Shown one piece after another: positions 10,294-19,428 of a stretch of 64,000 nt of DNA. Location: positions 32,001 through 96,000 of IMG/VR virus record IMGVR_UViG_3300005805_000046; one strand, given 5' to 3'. The notes under the pieces were generated by a model. It did no database searches and was not told the origin of the DNA. It saw only the letters and a program-made list of their open reading frames with translations. Numbering within the stretch: the stretch's first letter is position 1; each line of letters begins with the position of its first letter. A program made the translations under genes and the position numbers. The stretch is from a virus.

Positions 10294-10747
10294 TATTGAT
10301 CATCCTTTGTTGTTTTTTATGATTTTGGATAGCTTTTTTAACTAAAAGTTTACCAGCAGAGTCAAAGAACGGAAGGCCTCTTTTATTAGCTTCTTCTCTT
10401 AACCAGCCAACGATCTCGTCGAGGTGGGCCTCGCACCAGCCGGGCTCCTTGGCCTCCTCCTCGTCCATCGTCCGCGCGCGGGCGTTGCACGAGCAGGTGG
10501 GCGTGGCCGTGATGCCGACGCGCTTTAGGAGTTTCTTCAACTCGGTGCCGGGGCCGTGCGTCGGGGCTGCTGGTTTCGGCTTCGGCGGAACGAATCCCGG
10601 CTTCGGCTCACGCGGGTACGCAGGGTGCGTCTCGTCTACGGTGATCCTGTCGCCGTTCTCGCTGACGATGCAGGGCCGCACTTCGTCTAGCGTGTAGCCG
10701 CGCTGGCGGCAGCGGGCGGCAAGGTGTGCGCGGTGGCAGGTAATCAT
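10286..10747 (-). CDS. hypothetical Cys-containing phage protein (MITCHRAH...)
   Basis: ATGA overlap with the upstream stop codon; GC-rich 5' three quarters and AT-rich 3' end. Confidence 0.75.
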   Translation of the reverse strand: MITCHRAHLAARCRQRGYTLDEVRPCIVSENGDRITVDETHPAYPREPKPGFVPPKPKPAAPTHGPGTELKKLLKRVGITATPTCSCNARARTMDEEEAKEPGWCEAHLDEIVGWLREEANKRGLPFFDSAGKLLVKKAIQNHKKQQRMINNE

Positions 10748-11307
10748 GGGAGTTCGTTTGGAATGCAGGGCGGGATGTCTGGAGCGCCCGAAAAACCCTG
10801 CCAGTAAAACGGCGGGTCTTGTCCGGGGAATACGTCGCCAAAGACCCAAAGCCACTCAGGGCCATAATCTCCTTGCTGCACTCCGTCGCAGCAGGCACTG
10901 ACGCCAAAATTCACGCTGCCCCACAAATCACAGGTGCCATCGGGTCCGACGCACGCCGTGCAGGACGGCGCTGTGGGGGCTGTTGCCGAGCCGGTAGCGT
11001 TGGTATAGCCGTTGGCGTTCATCCATTCCGCGATGGCGTCCATCCACGCCTGCGCGATTTCCGCCTGACCCTCTGGGTCGTTGTTAAATCCCTCGCCGCT
11101 GCACGCTTCACCGCCGTAGACTAGTATGGTGTCTCCCCCGTAAGAGACGATTTGCGGGCACGGCACGCACGGCTCGCATGGTTCTGGTTCGAGAGAGCAT
11201 TCATCTTTCGGTAAAGACGGCAAAAAGACATTGCTATTATTGATGTCTTCTATAATTTGACTGATACTATTGTTATTGGTTGGTGGTCCGTAAAATGGTC
11301 TGCTCAT
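10744..11307 (-). CDS. Cys-rich protein with shared N-terminal module and GC-rich C-terminus
   Basis: MSRPFYGPPTNN...EPEPCEPC N-terminus is shared with 8851-10293. Confidence 0.75.
   Translation of the reverse strand: MSRPFYGPPTNNNSISQIIEDINNSNVFLPSLPKDECSLEPEPCEPCVPCPQIVSYGGDTILVYGGEACSGEGFNNDPEGQAEIAQAWMDAIAEWMNANGYTNATGSATAPTAPSCTACVGPDGTCDLWGSVNFGVSACCDGVQQGDYGPEWLWVFGDVFPGQDPPFYWQGFSGAPDIPPCIPNELP
11174..11269. repeat. 96-bp exact direct repeat, copy 2
   Basis: Identical to 10160-10255. Confidence 0.95.
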
Positions 11308-11308
11308 A

Positions 11309-13312
11309 TTAATTAAAACCTTCGCAGGCTGTTGCCGTGGCTGTCTTTACTGTCATTTCTGGTATTTTATCGTAAAGATTTGTTGATTCTTGTCCGGGAA
11401 GATATACGAATCCTCCTTTTCGGGGATTAGGCGCAGGATCGTCGTTCTCATCCATTATAATTGGAACAAATATATTTGGACCGCACTCAACCACAAAAGG
11501 ACGATTAATATTGAATGAGTTTTGTATGTATCGCTTGGCTCCTTCTTTATTGAATGTTCTTTCGACTGTTACAGTACAACTTATGGGCTTGGTCCAGCGA
11601 CCACCGGGTGTTTTTGGACATGGGCTCATTTCTCCTGCTTTTTTGTTTGTTGCCCCTATTGCTGCTTTCATGTTTATCTCAATAGCTTGTTCTTTAGACT
11701 GTGTTGGCGATAATACTTCTTTAATAAACCTATTTAGATCACCGTCTGGAGTAAAAGAAACAGCAGGAGTCGTTGCTTCTTGATCAGCAACAGTATATGA
11801 GATAGTAACATTTTTAACAGTAATTTCTTGATTGTCTCTAATAGCATTATTAATTGTGTCTGTAGCTTCTTTTTTTACTGACATCAGATAAGTGGCGAGA
11901 TTCGTTTCCCATCTTTGTATAATCCCATCTAGTTTAGCCACCGAGCTGCTCAATTTTGATATGTGATCATCAAGAGCAATTAGTCTTTTTTCCAAAGACA
12001 TCAATGTCTTTTGTCCATGATCATTTTCATAACCATATTGATATTCATTAAAATAATAGTTTGTTAATACTGATCCTAGCTTTAAGTACGCATTTGGACT
12101 CAATCCTTTCCACGGTGGAAGAATAGTGCTTGTTGGACGAAAACGGAAGTCCTCACCTTGTTTTTGTTGTGATACGCTCTGAATCTTACTGATAATGTCG
12201 TTTAGTCTCTTTTTTGATTGCTGTTTACTGTCGCCTGGATTTAGTTCTTTTAGTTTATCTATACTAATAGTTACTGTTACCTTAACTTCATTAGGATAGT
12301 CATCGTTGTCATCAGGTGGTAAAGTTTTTTCCGAAAAGGTAAGCTCAGGGTCTACCCCAGCAAACTTTTTAACAACATTGATAAAATTACTACCATACGT
12401 TGGACTTTCAAAGAAGTAATATAATTCTACTACCTGTTCTTTGTCTAGATCAAGCTCTTTTTTTGGTTCAACTTTACGAATATCTGGAAAAGACCCTAAA
12501 GCTTTGTCCATCCATCCGGCAACAATAGGCACGGCTTCTGCTCTTTCCTTTTTTTTCCATGTTTCACCAGTGCTTTTAGGCTGAATAGTCCATTGAGGTG
12601 TTGCGCTCAGGGTGCCATCTGGATTTATTGTTTTAAATAGAGGGTATTTGTTGGGAGCGGTACCTGGAGTATAAGACACGAATTCCGGTGCGTTCGGGGC
12701 TCCTGCCCCAATAGGCCATGCAGTAATAACGCCTATCGCGCTCTCAAGTCCAGCTTTAAATTCTTGTAAAGCAGCTTTTTCTTTGCGATATTCTAGGATT
12801 CTACCAGCAGTATGTTCTTTGCAGGCTTTGAAATCGCTTAAGTTTGGCTGTCCCAAAATGATATCTGATGATCTAAGTAATGTAAATCCCGATAGTTTTA
12901 CCACGTTGTTGTTGCATTGAATAGCATTAGGACATTCTTGTAGTTGGTTGTCTTTATTCCATTTTTTTACTTTTTCTTCATATGCACCTCTATCTGCGCG
13001 AAACTTCTCAATATCCTTTTCATAGTCATATTTCATCTGAGTATAGTCCCGACAAGCTTTTGACGTTAACCAGTATAGTGTGGAGTCTGGCTTTCCGTCT
13101 TTTGGTGCTGTATCCAGGCAAGCGCCAAGGGCTATTGGCAGATCTTCTTTAAGTTTATTGATTTTACCAGCTAAAGCGTCTAATCTAGCCTCTTCGGCAT
13201 TAAGGCTTGATGCTGCGGCGCTACATCCGGGATAGTCTGGAACATCAATGTTCGGAATTGCTGGACCATATGTTGAATCAACAGCAGATTGTTTCTGTCT
13301 TTGCTTGGTCAT
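11309..13312 (-). CDS. large hypothetical protein with coiled-coil segments
   Basis: 667-aa ORF tightly packed with neighbours. Confidence 0.7.
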   Translation of the reverse strand: MTKQRQKQSAVDSTYGPAIPNIDVPDYPGCSAAASSLNAEEARLDALAGKINKLKEDLPIALGACLDTAPKDGKPDSTLYWLTSKACRDYTQMKYDYEKDIEKFRADRGAYEEKVKKWNKDNQLQECPNAIQCNNNVVKLSGFTLLRSSDIILGQPNLSDFKACKEHTAGRILEYRKEKAALQEFKAGLESAIGVITAWPIGAGAPNAPEFVSYTPGTAPNKYPLFKTINPDGTLSATPQWTIQPKSTGETWKKKERAEAVPIVAGWMDKALGSFPDIRKVEPKKELDLDKEQVVELYYFFESPTYGSNFINVVKKFAGVDPELTFSEKTLPPDDNDDYPNEVKVTVTISIDKLKELNPGDSKQQSKKRLNDIISKIQSVSQQKQGEDFRFRPTSTILPPWKGLSPNAYLKLGSVLTNYYFNEYQYGYENDHGQKTLMSLEKRLIALDDHISKLSSSVAKLDGIIQRWETNLATYLMSVKKEATDTINNAIRDNQEITVKNVTISYTVADQEATTPAVSFTPDGDLNRFIKEVLSPTQSKEQAIEINMKAAIGATNKKAGEMSPCPKTPGGRWTKPISCTVTVERTFNKEGAKRYIQNSFNINRPFVVECGPNIFVPIIMDENDDPAPNPRKGGFVYLPGQESTNLYDKIPEMTVKTATATACEGFN

Positions 13313-13313
13313 A

Positions 13314-13589
13314 TTAATATATTCCTATGCGAAGTTTATTTGGGCCAGCAGAATAAATATTTTGTGTGGTATTTTGTATACCAAATCTAGAATACCCTGG
13401 ATAGTGATTAGAAACAATTTGTTGTTGCGAGACTATCGTGGAGGTATTTTTATATATAATATTATTTTTGATATATGTAGATCTTATAGAAGAACGATAC
13501 GCATTGGTCGTAACGTTCGCTTTATTCTTAAAGTATGTTGTTGATCTTACAACGTTTAGAGCTTTAGATTGATCGATTTTAGATACCAT
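13314..13589 (-). CDS. hypothetical protein
   Basis: Co-oriented ORF downstream of a GGTGTAT motif; start codon uncertain. Confidence 0.55.
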   Translation of the reverse strand: MVSKIDQSKALNVVRSTTYFKNKANVTTNAYRSSIRSTYIKNNIIYKNTSTIVSQQQIVSNHYPGYSRFGIQNTTQNIYSAGPNKLRIGIY

Positions 13590-13650
13590 GGTTTGGCTCA
13601 ATTAAAAGAGAGAAAATAATAGTTCAGTATCTGATACACCAAAAAACAGA

Positions 13651-14307
13651 CTATTTAGGATCTTTTAAAAGATCTATTAAAGAATATATGTTTGAAGTTT
13701 TGCATCCATATATGTGGGAATTGGTTTTTAGTGTTTCTATGTGTCGATTATTCCATATGTTGCCACTGATAATTATGTTGATATCCGGAACCTTTTGATT
13801 AATGAGCGCCGAGGCCAAGATATTATCTGCTAGGTCATCAATTAAGTGTCCAGTAGAAGGATACATAGTTTTGATATTATGTCCAACAAGTATTTGAGCC
13901 ACCTTGCACAATAATTCAGACGTAAAAATCCTATATTCTAGAATATATCTCAATTCTACTCCTGTCTTAGCGCATAGTTCTGTATGAGCAGATATGTCTG
14001 TGCGAAACTTATCGTATTTCCTGTGACATAAAAAAAAGCTAGGAGCAACCACCTCTATCATGTTTGCTCCATTAGAAATAGCGTATTCGGTAGCAGATAG
14101 TCTTGTGTTAAGATCCGAAACTCCGAAAGGGTAGTCTATCACAGTGGATAATGAGATCTGATCAGAAATTAATGGTTTGGCCAGTTTAAGATAACTTGGT
14201 AGTATAGATATTACAGAAGGTTTAAGCTTGTTAGCCTTACTAATAATTTCTTTGAATTCAACCTCATTGCTAGCGATATCGTAGTGAGAAAATTCTATAG
14301 TCTTCAT
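13651..14307 (-). CDS. deoxyribose-phosphate aldolase (DeoC)-like protein lacking the catalytic lysines
   Basis: TVIDYPFG, AISNGA..IEVV, LRYILE and YPSTG match the DeoC scaffold. Confidence 0.75.
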   Translation of the reverse strand: MKTIEFSHYDIASNEVEFKEIISKANKLKPSVISILPSYLKLAKPLISDQISLSTVIDYPFGVSDLNTRLSATEYAISNGANMIEVVAPSFFLCHRKYDKFRTDISAHTELCAKTGVELRYILEYRIFTSELLCKVAQILVGHNIKTMYPSTGHLIDDLADNILASALINQKVPDINIIISGNIWNNRHIETLKTNSHIYGCKTSNIYSLIDLLKDPK

Positions 14308-14996
14308 TATTTTAGCTTTTTAACATATGTTTTGAGATAATCGATGCTGGGAAACTCCTCACTACCCAATACACCGTCCGCAAAACCATATCTAATAGCT
14401 TCTTCTGAAGATAATATCCAATCGCATTGATTGTTAATTTGTGACATTATGTGCTTTTTGGCCATCATCCTTTTCCATTTTTTTTCTTTATAAATTGGAC
14501 TATCAACACACCTGTCTGTAAAAATTTCTAACATTTTCTCGCATTCTTGCTCATTCCATTTTATGGAGCTTGCTGCCGCTTTGGAGTGTTCTGCGTCTAG
14601 ACTCAAAAAACCATAATGTATCATAAGACTAGTGTTTGGCATCAAAATTCTTAGTCTAGAGGACTGTAGTAATACTCCACTTGATGATTCTGCTTTAGCA
14701 TAAGCCAAAATAATAATTTTAGCTTTTGAAGACATAATAGTGTCATACATGCCCAAACAGTCTTGCCAATCTCCTCCGGGCAAGTGCATATGTATTAGTA
14801 TGGGGTCACTAGATATTGTGTTGAGATAACGAATATTTTTTTCTAAAGATATCGCAACGCGGTAATCTAGACCAGCCTCATCTTCCCCATCTATATAGGA
14901 ATGTAGATAAATTTCTCTATTGTTCACATCAATATTGTACTGATGTATATTGTGCAGGACCGTGTCTGCCGCCCCTTTGTCGTTAGCGTTGCTCAA
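14307..14996 (-). CDS. clpP: ClpP-like protease subunit
   Basis: REIYL, PI.IH...PGG, AESS (Ser nucleophile position), MPN..LMIH and LS.EEA..YG.AD motifs. Confidence 0.8.
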   Translation of the reverse strand: MSNANDKGAADTVLHNIHQYNIDVNNREIYLHSYIDGEDEAGLDYRVAISLEKNIRYLNTISSDPILIHMHLPGGDWQDCLGMYDTIMSSKAKIIILAYAKAESSSGVLLQSSRLRILMPNTSLMIHYGFLSLDAEHSKAAASSIKWNEQECEKMLEIFTDRCVDSPIYKEKKWKRMMAKKHIMSQINNQCDWILSSEEAIRYGFADGVLGSEEFPSIDYLKTYVKKLK

Positions 14997-14998
14997 TC

Positions 14999-15409
14999 TT
15001 ATACTACTCTTTCTTCGATAAGTCGCATAACTTCTCTAGCTTCAAAGACTTTACCTATTCCAATTCTAAAGCGATATCTAGTAAAAACATCTAATGTTTC
15101 TACACCGTCTGTATTTTCAATAATATGAGCAATATTCTTAGAAATTGCAAAATTGGTGTGACCCATCCAAAAATTAAAAATTTTACTGCTAGCAGTATAT
15201 TCATTATATGGGATCAATCCCATAGGAGTTGCTATAACTTTGACAGAATCTCCGATTTTTTTAATCTGGTCTACGGATTCTTCTTCTGCTGGTTCTTCGT
15301 CATCTAAAAAATTCATGTTATCTACGTCTATTTCGTTTTCGTCATAGCCCAAAAAGGGGTCTCTCCACTTCTCCCATGCTATGCTTTTTTGACGCTTATC
15401 AAGAATCAT
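14999..15409 (-). CDS. hypothetical protein
   Basis: Co-oriented ORF; likely start MILDK. Confidence 0.65.
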   Translation of the reverse strand: MILDKRQKSIAWEKWRDPFLGYDENEIDVDNMNFLDDEEPAEEESVDQIKKIGDSVKVIATPMGLIPYNEYTASSKIFNFWMGHTNFAISKNIAHIIENTDGVETLDVFTRYRFRIGIGKVFEAREVMRLIEERVV

Positions 15410-15420
15410 TTTATCGAGCC

Positions 15421-15828
15421 TCAGTGTTTGAATACTTGGGTTGGTCTGATCAAAGGAAGGTCGTCGTCTTTGGACCCTTTGTTTCTTTGTTCCAGTGAGC
15501 GCTGCCAAAAAAACAAAACATTGTTATAGAATAATAAGTTATTATTGGAATTTTTCTTTAATAGCTCAATATTATTTAACATCAATTCTGTTAATCCAAT
15601 ACTATCCCCACATAATTGATTTAGCATAAGGCCGAGCGACTCCGCCTGCTTGATCATTCTGTTGTCCTCAATATCATAAGGATAAGCATCTATAATGCTA
15701 GCGATTTTATTCGTTTTGCAGTCCATTAGTACGCTTATGAGTACTAGATCTTTATCTTCTGTTGCTATTGTGCTTTCTTGTTCTTTTTTTTTAAAGAAAT
15801 AACTAATAAGTTTATTTATTTTGAACAT
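15421..15828 (-). CDS. hypothetical protein
   Basis: Overlapping, co-oriented ORF. Confidence 0.6.
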   Translation of the reverse strand: MFKINKLISYFFKKKEQESTIATEDKDLVLISVLMDCKTNKIASIIDAYPYDIEDNRMIKQAESLGLMLNQLCGDSIGLTELMLNNIELLKKNSNNNLLFYNNVLFFWQRSLEQRNKGSKDDDLPLIRPTQVFKH

Positions 15829-16196
15829 AGAAGAGCCTTCCTTAGTATTTGGCTATGTGGCAATATACTATCCCCAATAATCCAGCTACTACTATTTAGT
15901 CGCGTAGCATATGGAATATAGCAACTATAGTATATATGGGTTTGCAGAATTTTTTGTTCACTATAAAAGATATCTATATCCAATAATTTCGGCTGAGCCC
16001 AATTGTAATCAAGATCAATGTACTTATCGTATAATCCCTTCACAATCTCGTTAACGGATATTTCTTTAGTTTTATCTTTATCTGTCAATGAATCAAGATT
16101 AAGAGACGGCAGCCTCATAGTCTCCGAATCAACGGACAATAGATAAAGAGAACCCTCGTTAAAAGAATGTGCTAGTAAATTAATTAGCGTTAGCAT
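15816..16196 (-). CDS. hypothetical protein
   Basis: Overlapping, co-oriented ORF. Confidence 0.6.
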   Translation of the reverse strand: MLTLINLLAHSFNEGSLYLLSVDSETMRLPSLNLDSLTDKDKTKEISVNEIVKGLYDKYIDLDYNWAQPKLLDIDIFYSEQKILQTHIYYSCYIPYATRLNSSSWIIGDSILPHSQILRKALLCSK

Positions 16197-16749
16197 AAAA
16201 CCTTAGTATATTAATACTCTTATTAATGTTCTGCCTGATAGCCTCTCTAGTAACATTATAAATCTGACCTATCTCGGATAAAGTTTTATTTTCATAATAA
16301 TATAGGATTACTTGTTCTTTTTGCTTTTCTGTTAAGGGAGCAGCATTAATTAGCTCTTTGATATTTTTAGATAGGTTATCGCCTTCTTCTTTTTGAGCAA
16401 AAATCTTTGCTGGATCAGACAAATCAATACAGCTTGAATGCTCTATAGCGTGTTGAATCTGTGATTGGTCTTTTTTCTGTTTTCTATATCTCTGCGTTGC
16501 ATATGTTTTTATTGCCCAAATAGCACACTGGTTTCGATAAGAATAAAGACTCTTGCTTAGTCCAGTTTTTTTGCCTTTACGGTCTCCGTCCCACTTCCAA
16601 TCCGCTATCATGATCGCTTCGGCAATCTCAGATACGGCCTCGTCGTTCGATAGGATTTCCTTTACGAGAGAAGGATACATCTTTGATCCAAATTTAGAGA
16701 TAGTTTTTTTTGCTATATGTAAATAATTATCCAGGGTGTCGAATTCCAT
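16180..16749 (-). CDS. sigma-70-like factor (region 2-like plus region 4 HTH)
   Basis: LTEKQKEQVILYYYENKTLSEIGQIYNVTREAIRQ region-4 helix-turn-helix; SY...CAIWAIK region-2-like segment. Confidence 0.75.
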   Translation of the reverse strand: MEFDTLDNYLHIAKKTISKFGSKMYPSLVKEILSNDEAVSEIAEAIMIADWKWDGDRKGKKTGLSKSLYSYRNQCAIWAIKTYATQRYRKQKKDQSQIQHAIEHSSCIDLSDPAKIFAQKEEGDNLSKNIKELINAAPLTEKQKEQVILYYYENKTLSEIGQIYNVTREAIRQNINKSINILRFYANAN

Positions 16750-16792
16750 TATTAGTCCTTATGTAAAGAGTCCTTAATTAATCAATATCTAA

Positions 16793-17254
16793 CTAGCTTA
16801 GTTTTTTCCACTGCTTCGGGTCTGGCCTGTCCGGATCTCCGGGTTTAGCTGGTTTATAATTTTTACCTTCCCTTTCTTTTTTTCTCCTGATATTTTCCCA
16901 AAGTCCAGGCTTGTTTGCCCCTTCTGTGTTATCGGCAGCGTCAGAAACATACATGACAAAATCGTGAATCGTTCTCATGTAATCCTCTGTGATGGCGATT
17001 TTACCCTGTAGCCAGCTTTCTGTCAAGTTTTCGCTGACTCCGGGGTTCTCTAGACTATCCAATATTGACTTGGCATTAGACATTATAGCCCTCAAAGAAC
17101 CAACACTCATGTTATAAAAGTCTTTCTTGTATTCCATCATTTCTTGTTCTGTCGTTTCTTTTTCTGTGTCCTCGACAGACATAAAATCTGATGATTCTTC
17201 GCTTGAAGCAAAATACTGTTTGATATTATTTAGTATCTCATTAAGTCGTGACAT
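16793..17254 (-). CDS. hypothetical phage protein
   Basis: ESWLQGKI and GLWENIRRKKER motifs. Confidence 0.65.
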   Translation of the reverse strand: MSRLNEILNNIKQYFASSEESSDFMSVEDTEKETTEQEMMEYKKDFYNMSVGSLRAIMSNAKSILDSLENPGVSENLTESWLQGKIAITEDYMRTIHDFVMYVSDAADNTEGANKPGLWENIRRKKEREGKNYKPAKPGDPDRPDPKQWKKLS

Positions 17255-17256
17255 GT

Positions 17257-17802
17257 TTAAGCCTGTATACTGAGGAAGTTGTCTAAACCCATTTGATCAA
17301 TTAGCTTCAAGAAACCTTCGTACAAAACAATACCGTTCTCGCTACCTTGTAGTAGAGGTATCATAATATTAGCTGTCAGTTCGTCACCCACCGATCTTGC
17401 GGCGACAATAGTGGCCTTTTCTGCTTCTGCCGCTTCTTTTACAGACGCTAGGTTGTACTGTATCATTGCTAGCATATCGTGTCTTTTCCATACTGGCGGA
17501 GCAACAGTAAGAGGCTGATAATCTGCATCAAAAAATTCTAATCTTTTAAGATTTTCCATAGCATGAAGATGTTCTTCTTTTGCGTCTTCTCTTATGGTGT
17601 CAGCCAGTTTCTTATATCCCCAGCGTTCAAGGTGGACAGCTTGGGCAGATAGGGACGTTGTTTGTTGCCAGTGGATATTTAGGGACTTTTTAAGTAAATC
17701 GATAACAGTCTCTGTGGTGTAGTTTTGTACTTGCTGTGCTTTGGATTCTGACATATTTGTTACCTTGCTTTGTTCTAATAGTTCTGATATAGATTTATTC
17801 AT
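17257..17802 (-). CDS. bacterioferritin-like four-helix protein with degenerate ferroxidase centre
   Basis: WGYKKLA...EE..HA....RL.F and GD..TA motifs of the Bfr family. Confidence 0.7.
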   Translation of the reverse strand: MNKSISELLEQSKVTNMSESKAQQVQNYTTETVIDLLKKSLNIHWQQTTSLSAQAVHLERWGYKKLADTIREDAKEEHLHAMENLKRLEFFDADYQPLTVAPPVWKRHDMLAMIQYNLASVKEAAEAEKATIVAARSVGDELTANIMIPLLQGSENGIVLYEGFLKLIDQMGLDNFLSIQA

Positions 17803-17807
17803 ATTAT

Positions 17808-18320
17808 TCACCATGATTTGCAAGCCCAGTATCTTGCTTTCCATTTGGGTCCAGGACTATCGCACCTCATTCTTGCTCTAAAACTTTTTCGTCTTTCTGG
17901 TATGTTCTTTTTTATAGTCATATTTGGATCACCAAAATTAACCTTCACTACATTTCCTTTATCATTTTTAACATATACACTAAACTTCTTTGGGCCATCT
18001 GGAGTTCTAAATGGCTTATTGAGCGTAACTTTTTTGCCGGTTTTTTCAGCGGCGATTGCTATTCCGTCTTCGTCTATAATATCTTTGGCCTCGATCTCCC
18101 ATACAAATTCGTCCCATTCATCGTCCCATTGGCAATTATTGGCCAAAAGCTGGTCATGAACTTCCTCAATAAAAGATCCTTTATTTTTTTTGCTTTGACC
18201 CAAACATATGGCTACTCTCTGCTTGGTGTCTGGATACTCGTTTTTCATTACCTCGCTACTCATGCAACGAGAAACGAACTTTTCTTTGTCTTCATTTGAT
18301 TTTTTGTCTGGTATGGGCAT
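17808..18320 (-). CDS. hypothetical phage protein
   Basis: KFVSRCM...QRVAIC and RRKSFRAR..C...KARYWAC motifs. Confidence 0.7.
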   Translation of the reverse strand: MPIPDKKSNEDKEKFVSRCMSSEVMKNEYPDTKQRVAICLGQSKKNKGSFIEEVHDQLLANNCQWDDEWDEFVWEIEAKDIIDEDGIAIAAEKTGKKVTLNKPFRTPDGPKKFSVYVKNDKGNVVKVNFGDPNMTIKKNIPERRKSFRARMRCDSPGPKWKARYWACKSW

Positions 18321-18339
18321 ACTATCCTCCTGTGTAATC

Positions 18340-19428
18340 TTATATACACTTTATGAGAGTATCAACAGAATTTTGCCAAGAATACTTGATACCTGTTTCT
18401 AGGCCTGCTAAATTAGTTGTAATTTTAGATTTGGCCACTAATCTCATTAAGTTGATTATTTGCTCTTTTTGATTTGGTCCAATTTTTGCCCATTCTCCAT
18501 GACCAAAAAACCATTTACCGTCATACGCTGGTTCGAGTTCGTCTATGTCAACAAGATAAGAGTTTTTATCCGTACAAAACTCTGTATGAGCAGAATAGTT
18601 TGTTGTTATAACCGGCTTATTCATACTCATCATTTCCAATAACTCAAGATTCCAGCCTTCGGCCCTAGACAAAAAGATACCACAATCAGCCTGTGCTATT
18701 TTGTTAGCTATATCAAGTTGAGTTGGTAGTCTAGGTATAATTTTAATTTTATCTTTCATTGGTCCTGTTTGATAGTAGTTATGCCATTCAAATAACTCTT
18801 TGTCAGAAAAACAAGACTTGTCCGACGATGCTGCAATCCAAAGTTCAACATTGTCAGATGGGGAAAAGGCTTTATTAAAAACTTCGTGCAGTATATCGTG
18901 ACCCTTTCTAATTTCCCATTTGCCTATAGCTAAAAACACATATGGATCCTCATCTTTTCTTGATCTCATATTCGATAGTTCTGGATTAAAAATTTCTCTA
19001 TTCACCCCCAAAGGAACAACTGTGATTTGTTTATTTATTCCATTTGACAATATGATGTCCTTAGCCCATTGTGATGCTACGACTAATTCGTCTGGTACAT
19101 TAAGATGAATCAGTTCTCTTTCGTTGAACTTATCTGCTTCGAAAAAAGGAAATGCTATGTACTTACCAGTTCCTATTCTTTCGGCCAAATCGAATTGGTG
19201 CCATATTTTGAGACACGTTGCTTTACTATCAAAAGACCTATGACTCAGCTTGACTAATAAGTTATTTTCCTCCTCACTATCCAACTGAGGTAGTGATGTA
19301 AACTTTTGTACGGAAATGGGGAAAACTGTTGTATCTACGCCCGTTAGGTCTAGATGTTTCGTTAGATTCCATCCAACAACGCCATATCCGGTATATCCTA
19401 CTGGGGTATTAATTAGAATTTTTTTCAT
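18340..19428 (-). CDS. glycosyltransferase, GT-B (family 4-like)
   Basis: GKWEIRKG and SRAEGWNLELLEMM..PVI.T motifs. Confidence 0.85.
   Translation of the reverse strand: MKKILINTPVGYTGYGVVGWNLTKHLDLTGVDTTVFPISVQKFTSLPQLDSEEENNLLVKLSHRSFDSKATCLKIWHQFDLAERIGTGKYIAFPFFEADKFNERELIHLNVPDELVVASQWAKDIILSNGINKQITVVPLGVNREIFNPELSNMRSRKDEDPYVFLAIGKWEIRKGHDILHEVFNKAFSPSDNVELWIAASSDKSCFSDKELFEWHNYYQTGPMKDKIKIIPRLPTQLDIANKIAQADCGIFLSRAEGWNLELLEMMSMNKPVITTNYSAHTEFCTDKNSYLVDIDELEPAYDGKWFFGHGEWAKIGPNQKEQIINLMRLVAKSKITTNLAGLETGIKYSWQNSVDTLIKCI

Noticed and set aside
10160-11269. 96-bp repeat pair, or the 4161/6483 pair, as a DGR TR/VR
   Set aside because: The copies are identical or differ mainly at synonymous positions rather than specifically at adenines; both copies are coding and no reverse transcriptase is present.
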